Positions 38,066-47,531 of a DNA stretch of 64,000 nucleotides are shown here, one piece after another (the stretch's first letter is position 1; each line of letters opens with the position of its first letter). Location: the NCBI GenBank assembly GCA_963806185.1, contig CAWDXE010000006.1, positions 128,001 through 192,000 of the forward strand, given 5' to 3'. A program made the translations under genes and the position numbers. The stretch is from an uncultured candidate division Zixibacteria bacterium (lineage in GTDB: Bacteria > Zixibacteria > MSB-5A5 > GN15 > FEB-12). The notes beneath the pieces were generated by a model. It made no database searches, had not been told where the DNA came from, and saw only the letters and a list, made by a program, of their open reading frames with translations.

Positions 38066-39625
38066 TCAGGCGATGCAGACGAGATTTTTTCCAGAACCTT
38101 TGGCTCGATACAACGCTTGATCGGCCACAGAGACGAGTTCCTCGTGCGACCGGCCGTTTTCGGGGAACGATGAGACACCGACTGAGACGGTGATCTTCAC
38201 TTTTCCGGCCGAACCCGCATCAATGATGGTACTCTCCACCTGTGATCGGATACGCTCCCCGATATGGTGTGCTTCACTCTGGGGCGTCTGAGGGAGAATG
38301 ACGACGAATTCCTCGCCGCCATAACGGGCGAAGATATCGACATCGCGAATACAACTCTTGATAACGCGAGAAAGTTCCTTTAGTACAACGTTGCCGACCT
38401 CGTGCCCGTACGAATCATTAAGCTTCTTGAACCAGTCGATGTCAACCATAATGAGCGACAGGGGGAGGTCGTAACGGGTGGCACGCTTCTTTTCTTCCTG
38501 CAGTTTCTGAACGAAGTAGCGATAATTGAAGGTTTCGGTCAGTTCGTCGATGATGGTCAGTTCGGCCGTGCGGCGATGCAGTTCGGCGTTTTCGATCGCC
38601 AGGGCGGCCGAGCGGGCCACCACCGTCAGCATCTGGACGTCGCGATCGGTGAAGCGATCCCGTTCAGGCGCTTCGGCGAGCAGGAGTCCCTGGGTCTGGC
38701 CGTGAGCGGTCATCGGGACGACGATAAGCGAACGCGACTGGGACATCATGGGCAGGTAATCATCGCGGTCACCGATTTCCTTGATGCGGATCGGCTCGTG
38801 CATGTCGGCCACCTTGCGCAGCAGGTCATTCTTGGTGATATCAAGCGCTTTGGCGTGGAAGTTGGCATGGCCGTCGATCTGCCTCGCCCGGTAATAGAAG
38901 GTATCCGGGCGATTGCGAAACACCAGCGCAAATTGCTGGTATTGCAGAGTGCGGCCGAGGATGCGTGCTATCTCTTTGACCACGCCGTCGGGTTCGAGAA
39001 TGGCCGCCAGGATGCGGGTGTTCTCGTAGATCATCTCGAGTTGGGCCTGTGATTTTTCCAGTTCCGACGTGCGCATATTGAGCGTATCGAAAAGCTTCAT
39101 CAGGCGACGTTCGGATTTGCGCAGATAATCTGAGGCGTAGGCCACGGCCAGGTAACTGATCCAGAGAAAGCCGATGCGCATGGTGACCCCGAAGAGGGCG
39201 TCAATGGTCAGATCCTGGGAGATGATTATCAGATAGGCAACCGTGACGATGACGGTCACGGCGGTGGCGAACCAGAAGGTGAGCATGTAGGCGCCGACCG
39301 AAACGGTGAGAAAGAACAGGACGAACATCGACGACTGGACGCCGCCGGTGTAGGCGATGAAGATCGGGACGAATATGATGTCGTAGATGATCGCCGAGAG
39401 ATAGGCCAGTTTCATATCGAAACGGTCGCGAATGGCCAGCGCCAGGAGGCTGAGGTTGGCGATGAAGGTGACAATAATGATGCTGCAGAGGACGGGCTCA
39501 TCGCGGAGGATACTGGAGGACAGGACGTACCAGAGAAAGCCGATGAGCGTCAATACTCGGGTAAGCAGAAAGATGACGTCAATCCGCGGCAGGAGAGTCT
39601 TGTTACGGTCGAGAAACAGTTTCAT
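38066..39625 (-). CDS. Membrane-anchored GAF-GGDEF diguanylate cyclase
   Basis: About 6 N-terminal TM segments, GAF domain, DIDWFKKLNDSYGH, RDVD I-site and RYGGEEF. Confidence 0.92.
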   Translation of the reverse strand: MKLFLDRNKTLLPRIDVIFLLTRVLTLIGFLWYVLSSSILRDEPVLCSIIIVTFIANLSLLALAIRDRFDMKLAYLSAIIYDIIFVPIFIAYTGGVQSSMFVLFFLTVSVGAYMLTFWFATAVTVIVTVAYLIIISQDLTIDALFGVTMRIGFLWISYLAVAYASDYLRKSERRLMKLFDTLNMRTSELEKSQAQLEMIYENTRILAAILEPDGVVKEIARILGRTLQYQQFALVFRNRPDTFYYRARQIDGHANFHAKALDITKNDLLRKVADMHEPIRIKEIGDRDDYLPMMSQSRSLIVVPMTAHGQTQGLLLAEAPERDRFTDRDVQMLTVVARSAALAIENAELHRRTAELTIIDELTETFNYRYFVQKLQEEKKRATRYDLPLSLIMVDIDWFKKLNDSYGHEVGNVVLKELSRVIKSCIRDVDIFARYGGEEFVVILPQTPQSEAHHIGERIRSQVESTIIDAGSAGKVKITVSVGVSSFPENGRSHEELVSVADQALYRAKGSGKNLVCIA

Positions 39626-39727
39626 ATCTGGCGCCTGATAGTCTTAAGACTGTATCGGCAGATATGGAGGTTTATTTATTGGAGGAAAAGGGGTTAGGGG
39701 GAAGATCCGCGCCGGCGTCAGAGTCGC

Positions 39728-40288
39728 TCAGAGGGCCGACGGAAATCTCCGCCGCGAGGCGAAGTATGCGGCGACAAGAAAGATGCCGCCGCCGTACAGA
39801 ATCGAGCCGAAACTGACGCGACCGAACAGATTCCACGGCGCGAACGGATGCAAAGTAGATTGAGACGGATTGGCCGGATCGTAATAGACGATCACGGCCT
39901 TTCCTTTTGGATATTCGGCGACGATTTCCCGAGCGACGTCGTATTTCGAGTTGCGTCCGCCAAAGGCTGGTGAATCCATCGCGGTAGTATCGATGAATTG
40001 CGTCCCCCCCACGCTGTAGGAATAGACTATTTCGGGATGGAAAGCGCGGTGCCCGGCGACCTGCGTTTGCAGGACTTCACCCGACACCGACGGCCAATGA
40101 CGGCGATCTTCGGAGATACCGAGCGAGCGGAAGGAGATGAGGACCAGTGCGGCACCACAAAGAGCCAGTACCAGTCCGAGCAGAGCGAAACGGCGCGTGG
40201 TCCGGAGTACCCCCTCGCGGAAGAGCAGTACCGGCAGAATTACCAGCAGACTGACAGCCACGAGGACGATGAGGGCGGAAGAGAGCAT
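39728..40288 (-). CDS. DUF3592-like membrane protein
   Basis: WPSVSGEV, Y.YSVGG, V.VYYDPANPS.S between TM helices. Start placed at ATG 40288 because the upstream extension is REP sequence. Confidence 0.75.
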   Translation of the reverse strand: MLSSALIVLVAVSLLVILPVLLFREGVLRTTRRFALLGLVLALCGAALVLISFRSLGISEDRRHWPSVSGEVLQTQVAGHRAFHPEIVYSYSVGGTQFIDTTAMDSPAFGGRNSKYDVAREIVAEYPKGKAVIVYYDPANPSQSTLHPFAPWNLFGRVSFGSILYGGGIFLVAAYFASRRRFPSAL

Positions 40289-40333
40289 ATAAACTAGTAG
40301 AACACGGATTGGCGGGGAGGGTTCGGATTGACT

Positions 40334-40640
40334 TCCGTACCCCACCGATTTACGGTGGGATATCCACGCGTGGCAACTCCCCAGATACCCCACCGCATAG
40401 ACGGTGGGGTACGGGTAGAAGAGAGCTTGTCATTCTGGCCCCCCATTGTCATTCTGGAGCGTAGCTCCAGAATCTCAGTGTCCACGAATCTGACGTCATT
40501 GTCATTCTGGGCGCTCAGCCCAGAATCCATGAGGCCACACACGCCACTGCGCTACGCCTTAACCTGGATTCCCGCTTTCGCGGGAATGACAAAGGGGGCG
40601 GGTATGACCGGAGGGGACGGGTATGACAAGAGGGGTGGGC
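40334..40640. repeat. Multi-family REP-like cluster
   Basis: GTAC doublet 40334-40413; gtcattctgg hairpins at 40448 and 40501; ctggattcccgctttcgcgggaatgac 40564-40590 with two half-unit repeats. Confidence 0.85.
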
Positions 40641-40777
40641 GATTCCGAGTGGTACAGAGCTCCCAAGAAGAGCAGCACTTTTAGGTTGTCTTTTTGCCCG
40701 GCGGGCGGCAACTTAGCTTGTCTGAGGCCGTAAAGATTCTGGGGGTGGGGAACCAGGATAAACCAGGTAGGTCGAAC

Positions 40778-42040
40778 GTGCGAATAGTTGCCGCTATCTT
40801 CTGCGTAATCGTACTGCTGCCGCTCGTCGCGGCGGCCTCCGAGTTCGAATCCAAGAAAGATCTCCACATTTCCAACCTTCACCAGATTGATGACGATCTG
40901 TACGTCTTTGGGGAGAAGCTGCAGATGGACGGATCGATATCGGGTGACCTGGTGGTGTTTTGTTACGACGCCCGGATGGCGGGGACAGTGGGTGGATCGG
41001 CCAATCTGTTCTGCCGATCGGTGCGACAGAGTGGTACGATATTGCACAGCCTGCGGACATTTTCCGAAGAGGCAACGATCGAGGGGAACATCAGCGGGTC
41101 GTATCTCGGTCTGGGGAGGCGGATTGATGTCGGCAAAGGAGCGGTCATCGAGCGCGACCTCACGGTGTACGCAACTGACGCGAATATCGAAGGACTGGTG
41201 AAGGGAAAGGCCAAGATCGAAGGGGTCCGAATCACGCTGGCCGGGACCATTGAAGGGGACGTGCTCGTCAGGGGAGAGAAGATTTCAATCATTCCGCCGG
41301 CGATCATTCGCGGCGCGCTCGTATACGAATCCGAAAAGCCCGAGGCCCTTGATACTACATCGGGAATCATTCTGGCCGGCGGCGTCAAGTGGCAGTTGCC
41401 AAAGACGGACGAGGAGAAAAAGGACGAGCAGCCGAACTATGTGCGGAAGATCGTCATAGAGATCTCCGGCATGCTGGCCGCCTTTCTCTTTGGCATCATC
41501 GTGGTGGCACTGTTCCGTCCGTTTGCCGCGGCCTCGGTGGACCAGTTGACGCGGCGCACGTCAGTGTCGTTTGCGGCCGGCCTTTTGACATTGGGCATAT
41601 TACTGGTTGCCATAGCAGTGCTGCTCTTTTCCATTCTGGCGGCGATTGCGGGCGTGATCATGGTGGGCGGATCGCTGGCAATCGTCGGTGCGATGATATT
41701 GATCTTCTCGACGCTGATGATTCCGATCAGCGGCTTTGTCACTTTTGTGGGCTTCGCCGCCGTGTATACGGCCAAGATTGTGGCGGCGTTTGTGGTCGGT
41801 GCGCTGGTACTTCGTCGTGCCGACAATGGTGATGATCGACTGGGCAAATTGACCTTGCTGGTCGGGCTGGTGATACTCACGGCTTGCTTTGCCATTCCCT
41901 ACGTCGGGTGGCTGGCCGGGCTGGTGGTCGCCTGCTTTGGCGCGGGTGCAATAGTGCTGGGTGTGCGATCGTGCCGCCTGCACGTGCCGGGTGCGATGAA
42001 TAACGCTTCAGCCGACGCGATGCAGCCGCCGGCGAGTTAA
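40778..42040 (+). CDS. Bactofilin-like (polymer-forming) beta-helix repeat protein with C-terminal membrane domain
   Basis: Signal peptide, repeated xGxIxGDL/V motifs, then 5-6 TM helices including IPYVGW; GTG start 40778 inferred. Confidence 0.75.
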   Translation: MRIVAAIFCVIVLLPLVAAASEFESKKDLHISNLHQIDDDLYVFGEKLQMDGSISGDLVVFCYDARMAGTVGGSANLFCRSVRQSGTILHSLRTFSEEATIEGNISGSYLGLGRRIDVGKGAVIERDLTVYATDANIEGLVKGKAKIEGVRITLAGTIEGDVLVRGEKISIIPPAIIRGALVYESEKPEALDTTSGIILAGGVKWQLPKTDEEKKDEQPNYVRKIVIEISGMLAAFLFGIIVVALFRPFAAASVDQLTRRTSVSFAAGLLTLGILLVAIAVLLFSILAAIAGVIMVGGSLAIVGAMILIFSTLMIPISGFVTFVGFAAVYTAKIVAAFVVGALVLRRADNGDDRLGKLTLLVGLVILTACFAIPYVGWLAGLVVACFGAGAIVLGVRSCRLHVPGAMNNASADAMQPPAS

Positions 42041-43755
42041 AACCCGGAAGCCTTTCCCCCGTTGCGATAATCGGATGCGGCCTGCAACAGGCCGTTGGGT
42101 TGATACTGCACGATATGCAAGTCACCCCAGTCATCCTGCTCGGCGACTTCATAGCCCATCGTGATCAGCGCCTGAATAGTGCTGATGTCGAACTTCCCCT
42201 TTTCAAGCGCGAGTCTGTCCGGCAACCACTGGTGGTGGTAGCGGGGAGCGTCCACAGCCTCATTTATGGTCATGCGGAAACGCGAGATGTTGATGATCGC
42301 CTCGGCAACCGTTGTCGTAATACGAGAGCCGCCGGGCGAGCCAAGAGCCATGAACGGCTGACCACCTTTGAGAACCAGGGTGGGCGACATCGAAGACAGC
42401 ATGCGCTTGCCCGGTTCGATTTTGTTCGCCTCCGAGCCTACCAGGCCGTACGCGTTGGGGACGCCCGGCTTGAGGGAGAAGTCATCCATCTCGTTGTTGA
42501 GCAGGAATCCGGCCTCATCAACGATCAGGGCCGAGCCGAACGAGGTATTGAGCGTAAAGGTTATCGCGAGCATGTTTCCGGCCGAATCGCAGACGGAGAA
42601 ATGGGTGGTCTGGGGAGACTCCTCGACGCCAGGGAGCGGGTTGCCGCTGGAAACGGCACTTGATGGTGTGGCGTGCCCGGGATTGATCAATGTGCGGCGC
42701 CGGCTCAAATAAACATCACTCAACAGTCCATCGGGTTGCTTATAGAAAGCGGGGTCGCCCAGGTGTTGGGCGCGGTCGGCGTAAGCAAGTCGAGCGGCCT
42801 CGGCAAACAAGTGGATGTACTCGGGTGATTTTGCCGTATAGCGGGAGAAGCTGAATGGCTGGAGCAATTTGAGAATCTGTCCGACGACGACGCCGGCTGA
42901 GCTCGGCGGAGCCATAGTGTAGATATCGAGCGAATCGAAAGTGAAATGAGCCGGTTCGCGCCAGAGCGGACGATATGCGGCCAGATCATCTTTGGTGATG
43001 CGCCCGCCATATTTCTTCATGCAGGAGTCGATCTTGTCGGCAATCAGTCCGCGATAGAAGGCATCCGGCCCTTCATCCGCGATCATCCGCAATGATACGC
43101 CCAGGTCCTGTTGAATCAGCGTGTCGCCGGCCGCTAGCGGCTTATTACCGGGGAGAAAGAGTTTGGCTGATTCCGGGAATTTTTGGAAGTCGGAAGTTCG
43201 TTTTTCGACGGCGGAGGCAAGGTGTGATCCTACGACGAATCCGGAGTCGGCGTAACGAATCGCATACCTGAGCAACTGTTCCCAGGGAAGACTGCCGTAC
43301 CGCTGCCACAGTTCATGCAGACCGGCCACGCTACCGGGGACTCCGGCGGCCAGGGCGCCGGTGATGGAGGCGTCTTTGACGACATTGCCGGAAGAGTCGA
43401 GATACATTTCGGCAGTCGCCGCCGCGGGCGCTGTCTCGCGGAAATCGAGTGATTCGATCTTGCCTGACCGGGCGTTGCGGATGAGGGCGAAGCCGCCGCC
43501 GCCGATATTGCCGGCTTGCGGGTAGACTACGGCAAGGGTGAAGGCGACAGCGACGCCAGCGTCAATGGCATTGCCGCCCTGTCTGAAAACGTCAAGCCCG
43601 ACCTGCGTGGCGAGTGGCGAGACGGAGGCAATGGCGCATTTCTCGTATGACTGGTCGATTTCAAAGCCGGTACAGCCGGTGAGGCTGAACACCAGTGCGA
43701 AAAAAACAACCCGCCGGAGGACTGACCGGCGGGCGAAATCAAGGCAACATGACAT
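42037..43755 (-). CDS. ggt: Gamma-glutamyltransferase
   Basis: GGNAIDA, GNIGGGGF, DFRETAP, TTHFS nucleophile, LLNNEMDDF, RMLSSMSPT, GSPGGSRI; LTGC lipobox. Confidence 0.95.
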   Translation of the reverse strand: MSCCLDFARRSVLRRVVFFALVFSLTGCTGFEIDQSYEKCAIASVSPLATQVGLDVFRQGGNAIDAGVAVAFTLAVVYPQAGNIGGGGFALIRNARSGKIESLDFRETAPAAATAEMYLDSSGNVVKDASITGALAAGVPGSVAGLHELWQRYGSLPWEQLLRYAIRYADSGFVVGSHLASAVEKRTSDFQKFPESAKLFLPGNKPLAAGDTLIQQDLGVSLRMIADEGPDAFYRGLIADKIDSCMKKYGGRITKDDLAAYRPLWREPAHFTFDSLDIYTMAPPSSAGVVVGQILKLLQPFSFSRYTAKSPEYIHLFAEAARLAYADRAQHLGDPAFYKQPDGLLSDVYLSRRRTLINPGHATPSSAVSSGNPLPGVEESPQTTHFSVCDSAGNMLAITFTLNTSFGSALIVDEAGFLLNNEMDDFSLKPGVPNAYGLVGSEANKIEPGKRMLSSMSPTLVLKGGQPFMALGSPGGSRITTTVAEAIINISRFRMTINEAVDAPRYHHQWLPDRLALEKGKFDISTIQALITMGYEVAEQDDWGDLHIVQYQPNGLLQAASDYRNGGKASGF

Positions 43756-43780
43756 ACGAAAACCTTTGCTCCAGGCGGGA

Positions 43781-45964
43781 CTAGGCTCGCTTCTCCACCA
43801 GGAAAATGAGACCATCAGGATACGAGACGGTCACCGGAATGCCGATTTTGAGATCCTTGGCGGTGGTCTTGATCGGTTCGGCACCTTCGCCGGCCATGAT
43901 ATTGGTCAGCTTGAGCTGTGCGGCGTTGAATCCGGGGATCTTGAGATCGGCCTGCACGATAATTTCTTTGGACTTTGCCTCCAGGGCGTCGGACAATTCG
44001 CCGGCCGGCGGTACGACGACAAAGAGAACTCCCTTCTTCTCCCCCATCTGAAAGGCGAGATCGACGGACGGGTCGGAGCACTGCAGATACGACGTGAAGT
44101 TCTCACCGTGCAGAGTGGTTTCAATAAAGCCGAGTTTGTGGTGATTGCCGCCGGAAGCGACGTCAAAGGTGAACAGATATACCGTGCCTTTGAACCGGCT
44201 GCAGCAAACGCCGACGACTTTGCCGTCCTCTTTGACGAGTTTCTTCGACTTGGCATCATCGACCGATTTCACGGAGCCGTAGATGTAGGTCGTGAAGGTT
44301 CCGGCCTTGTGTTCGACCTGGCCGATATGATAGTCCGCTCCCGTCTTGATGCGGAAATGGTTGGACAGAACGGTGCATGGGCGGAGTTCGTCATCGTAGC
44401 GAGGCATGAGGCCGCACATGACGAGCGTCACACCGGCCTTGGCCAGTTCTACCAGCGCCTCCTGATCGCGTTCAGCCATGATCTCCGTGACCGGCACGAA
44501 GAGCAGCTTGTATTTCTTCAACGATTCATAGTCGCGGTTTTCCCGAATACCGTACGGTAGTTTGAGGCGAGTCAGATCGCGACAGAAACCGGTGGTGGTA
44601 TCGTCGAGCAGTCGCTTGAGGAATTCGAATTCCTTGATGCCGTCGGTCATTTTCATCCACTGATAGAGGCGGAAATTGAGCACGGCGATCTGCGGATCGG
44701 CGGTCATGTCGTCGAAGCCGATGGTGGAAATCGTCGAGGTGAAGTTTTTCACAACTTCGAAGCCGTCCGAGACGGTTCCGTCGGCGTGCAGGGGGGCGCC
44801 GTACCAGTGATCGCGATCGACAAACATGTAATGATTCAGCCCTTTGAAACCGGCCGACATGGCGGCGGCAAAGTAGAAACGGCGCTGGTTGTCGGTGACC
44901 GGCGAGAGTTTTTCCTCGCGCTCGGCCGAGACGGCGGCGCGACCGGATGAGAATGAGGCGGCGAAAGCAAAGCCGTATTCTTCCTTCAGAAAGCGGGCCT
45001 TGTTGGCCAGATCGAAATAGCCACCCTCGGGGAAAACGTTGGCGCCGAGAAACGGCGCGCGATCCTCAGGTACCAGATTAAACGCGGGCAGCAGTTCACC
45101 GGAGCGGAAATAAAGCGACCGGAAAAAGAGCGGCTCGACCGTATAGGCGGTGAAAATATCCTCGAGCGATTGCAGGTAAAGATTGAGCATGTACTCGCGG
45201 AACTTGCACCAGTCGACGATTTTGGCGTAGTCATCGAGAGAAATCGAGGTGAACTTTCTCGGCGGCTCGACGGTCTCAAAGGCGGCGTGCTTTTCTTTGT
45301 ATTTCGCATTCAGCTTCTTGATCTCGGTATACTGGGTATCGAGCCACGACGGCCAGTATTTGGCGAGGACGTCGGGATTGTAATCGGCGCGATCGGGTGC
45401 GACCTGGCGGGCAAAGGAAGTTTCATAATCGAGCTCCACCATAAACACCGGCCCGCGCGGGTGGACGTAGTTCTTGGTCGTTTCAATGAAGGCACGGAAA
45501 TAATTCTTCAGGTGAAACTGGAAATTCGAGTGCAGATAGCTCGGCAAATAGCCGCCCTCGACGCCGTGGTCGGCGGGCAATTTGACTTCCTGGCCGCTGG
45601 CATCCCGGGCGAAAATCTTGATGTCGTTGAATAGTTGCTTGGGCAAGCCGCCGTTGGGGAGTTGTCCGCCCACCCAGGGGCCGGGACGGAGTATGACCTT
45701 GAATCCGAATTCGCGGGCCAGTTCAAGAAAGACGATCAGATCCTTGCGCGGGTCATCAAAGCCGTTGAAATCGATATCTTTGGAAGCAACCTGATGGATG
45801 TTCCATGGCACAGCCGTGGCAATGATGCGAAAGCCGGCCCGTTTGATACGATCAAAGCAAATCGACCAGTATCTTTTTTCGATGCGGAAGTAATGCATTT
45901 CTGCGGCATAGGGCTGGTACGTTTCTTTGCCGATGGAGAATTTATTACCGATGACACCGAGCAT
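43781..45964 (-). CDS. GH35/GH42-like beta-galactosidase family protein (possibly non-catalytic)
   Basis: AEMHYFR, VPWNIHQ, VILRPGPW..GGLP, NHYMF; C-terminal trimerisation-like domain. Confidence 0.8.
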   Translation of the reverse strand: MLGVIGNKFSIGKETYQPYAAEMHYFRIEKRYWSICFDRIKRAGFRIIATAVPWNIHQVASKDIDFNGFDDPRKDLIVFLELAREFGFKVILRPGPWVGGQLPNGGLPKQLFNDIKIFARDASGQEVKLPADHGVEGGYLPSYLHSNFQFHLKNYFRAFIETTKNYVHPRGPVFMVELDYETSFARQVAPDRADYNPDVLAKYWPSWLDTQYTEIKKLNAKYKEKHAAFETVEPPRKFTSISLDDYAKIVDWCKFREYMLNLYLQSLEDIFTAYTVEPLFFRSLYFRSGELLPAFNLVPEDRAPFLGANVFPEGGYFDLANKARFLKEEYGFAFAASFSSGRAAVSAEREEKLSPVTDNQRRFYFAAAMSAGFKGLNHYMFVDRDHWYGAPLHADGTVSDGFEVVKNFTSTISTIGFDDMTADPQIAVLNFRLYQWMKMTDGIKEFEFLKRLLDDTTTGFCRDLTRLKLPYGIRENRDYESLKKYKLLFVPVTEIMAERDQEALVELAKAGVTLVMCGLMPRYDDELRPCTVLSNHFRIKTGADYHIGQVEHKAGTFTTYIYGSVKSVDDAKSKKLVKEDGKVVGVCCSRFKGTVYLFTFDVASGGNHHKLGFIETTLHGENFTSYLQCSDPSVDLAFQMGEKKGVLFVVVPPAGELSDALEAKSKEIIVQADLKIPGFNAAQLKLTNIMAGEGAEPIKTTAKDLKIGIPVTVSYPDGLIFLVEKRA

Positions 45965-46020
45965 ATAAGTTCCTGTCGTTCAATAAATTAGGCCAAATCA
46001 CACACATTGATGAGACATTT

Positions 46021-46049
46021 ACAATACCATAATATGATTGGGCTGTCAA
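46021..46049 (-). promoter_or_regulatory. Sigma70-type promoter of the GH35-like/ggt unit
   Basis: TTGACA-17-TATTGT with extended -10 TG. Confidence 0.6.
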
Positions 46050-46120
46050 TAAGATTCGTGTAATTAATTGCGGTGCAATCGATTAACAGTGCGAAATGGT
46101 TGGATTCGATTGTCAATCAC

Positions 46121-46150
46121 AAAAAAAGAACCCGCCGAAAAGCGGGTTCT
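46121..46150 (-). terminator. Rho-independent terminator
   Basis: agaacccgc-ttttcg-gcgggttct followed by a T run on the minus strand. Confidence 0.85.
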
Positions 46151-46173
46151 TCCAAATCAACTCGTGCTGACTC

Positions 46174-47118
46174 TTACTTCATCAGAATCATCTTCTTGGT
46201 TTGGACGAAGCTCCCGGCTTCGAGCTTATAGAAGTAGACGCCCGACGCGAGAGCGGAGGCATTCCAGTCGGCCGAATAACGGCCGGCGGCCTTTTCCTCG
46301 TTCACCAAGGTGGCGACTTCCTGTCCGAGCAAGTTGTAGATCTTCAGAGAGACCTCCGACTTTACCGGGAGTTCGAAGTTAATCTGGGTCGCCGGGTTGA
46401 ACGGGTTAGGGTAGTTCTGCATCAGGGCGAACTCTTTGGGGAGACCGTCACCGGGAATAACGTTCACTCCCGTGCCTACCGGGCCAATGACAAAGCAGGC
46501 TCTGCCGGACCAGAGAGGCGTGGAGAAGTCGCCGGTATTGCCGCCGTAGAGCATGGACCATTTCCAAACGTTGGTCGGTGGGAATTTCATCGACGAATCG
46601 AGGCAAATCGTTTTGCCGATATCGGCGACTTTGGGTCGGATGCGGATCACGAAATGCCGCACGTCAGTCTGCGCGGGCAGGCCGAGTCCGATATCATTGC
46701 CGGCGCCGGAAAACGAGATTGTATCCGGCGAAATACCATCGGCGCGTACCGGAGAACCTGTTGGGGTGGAGAAAGTACGCAGTTGATAGACGGTCGGAAA
46801 GAGCGCCTTGGAGAGCAGACCGGTGGTGTCCATGCCGATTGGGCCGAGGTTGGAGCCGCGAAAGTTTCCGGGGCAGGAGTCGGTCCAGGTGGCGCCGTCG
46901 GGTGACGACAGGATGAACGCATTGGTAACGTTAAAGCCGGAATCAGACAGGTTGGTGTACCGGATATAGAATTTCACGGTATCGCCGGCTTTAATGGTAT
47001 CAGCAGTCGGTGAGCCCAGCCGATTGCCGACGCTATCGAGCGAAATTTGTGTGAGTGCGTAGGCTTGTCCGCACGACAGCGCAAGAAGTATGGTGAGAAA
47101 GACGATCAATCGCTTCAT
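46174..47118 (-). CDS. Secreted single-domain protein with T9SS type A-like C-terminal sorting domain
   Basis: AGGAG RBS; signal peptide; LPKEFALMQNYPNPFNP...IYNLLGQEV...LASGVYFYKL...KKMILMK. Confidence 0.85.
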   Translation of the reverse strand: MKRLIVFLTILLALSCGQAYALTQISLDSVGNRLGSPTADTIKAGDTVKFYIRYTNLSDSGFNVTNAFILSSPDGATWTDSCPGNFRGSNLGPIGMDTTGLLSKALFPTVYQLRTFSTPTGSPVRADGISPDTISFSGAGNDIGLGLPAQTDVRHFVIRIRPKVADIGKTICLDSSMKFPPTNVWKWSMLYGGNTGDFSTPLWSGRACFVIGPVGTGVNVIPGDGLPKEFALMQNYPNPFNPATQINFELPVKSEVSLKIYNLLGQEVATLVNEEKAAGRYSADWNASALASGVYFYKLEAGSFVQTKKMILMK

Positions 47119-47320
47119 TGGTATCTCCTAACAACTCAAGTAGTCACGTGATGTCAACAACCCTCATCACAATCCGCCGTGAGAATGGACTCTCGGAGCC
47201 CATCCTGGCGTCAACTGATCGAGCGATCAGTCCAGGAATAAACGTGATCAATTTACTGCCTTACAGACACCTCCCTGGTTTGGCCACACGGATGGCATGT
47301 TACGTCATGGTATTAACTTG

Positions 47321-47349
47321 AACATACTCCCTGACAAAATGCCAGTCAA
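47321..47349 (-). promoter_or_regulatory. Sigma70-type promoter
   Basis: TTGACT-17-TATGTT preceded by a T-tract, about 200 bp upstream of 47118. Confidence 0.5.
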
Positions 47350-47465
47350 TAAAAAAAAGGACTCGAAATCGGTCGACCGGTGACCCATGAGGCTCGGTGC
47401 AGTGCGACCGAGAAGGGTATGTGGATTATACACTTGAGTCGGGCCGGCGGAGTCAAAAACAGGAC

Positions 47466-47497
47466 AAAAAAACGGCCACTCCCGAGGGAGTGGCCGT
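47466..47497 (-). terminator. Rho-independent terminator
   Basis: acggccactcc-ctcg-ggagtggccgt followed by a T run on the minus strand. Confidence 0.88.
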
Positions 47498-47531
47498 CGC
47501 TTGCCCTACGGCAAACCAATCGAGCAGTTCA

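Noticed and set aside
47250..47300. c-di-GMP-I riboswitch (ggccaaacc)
   Set aside because: Lacks the GAAA tetraloop stem and the downstream GCAAAG element.
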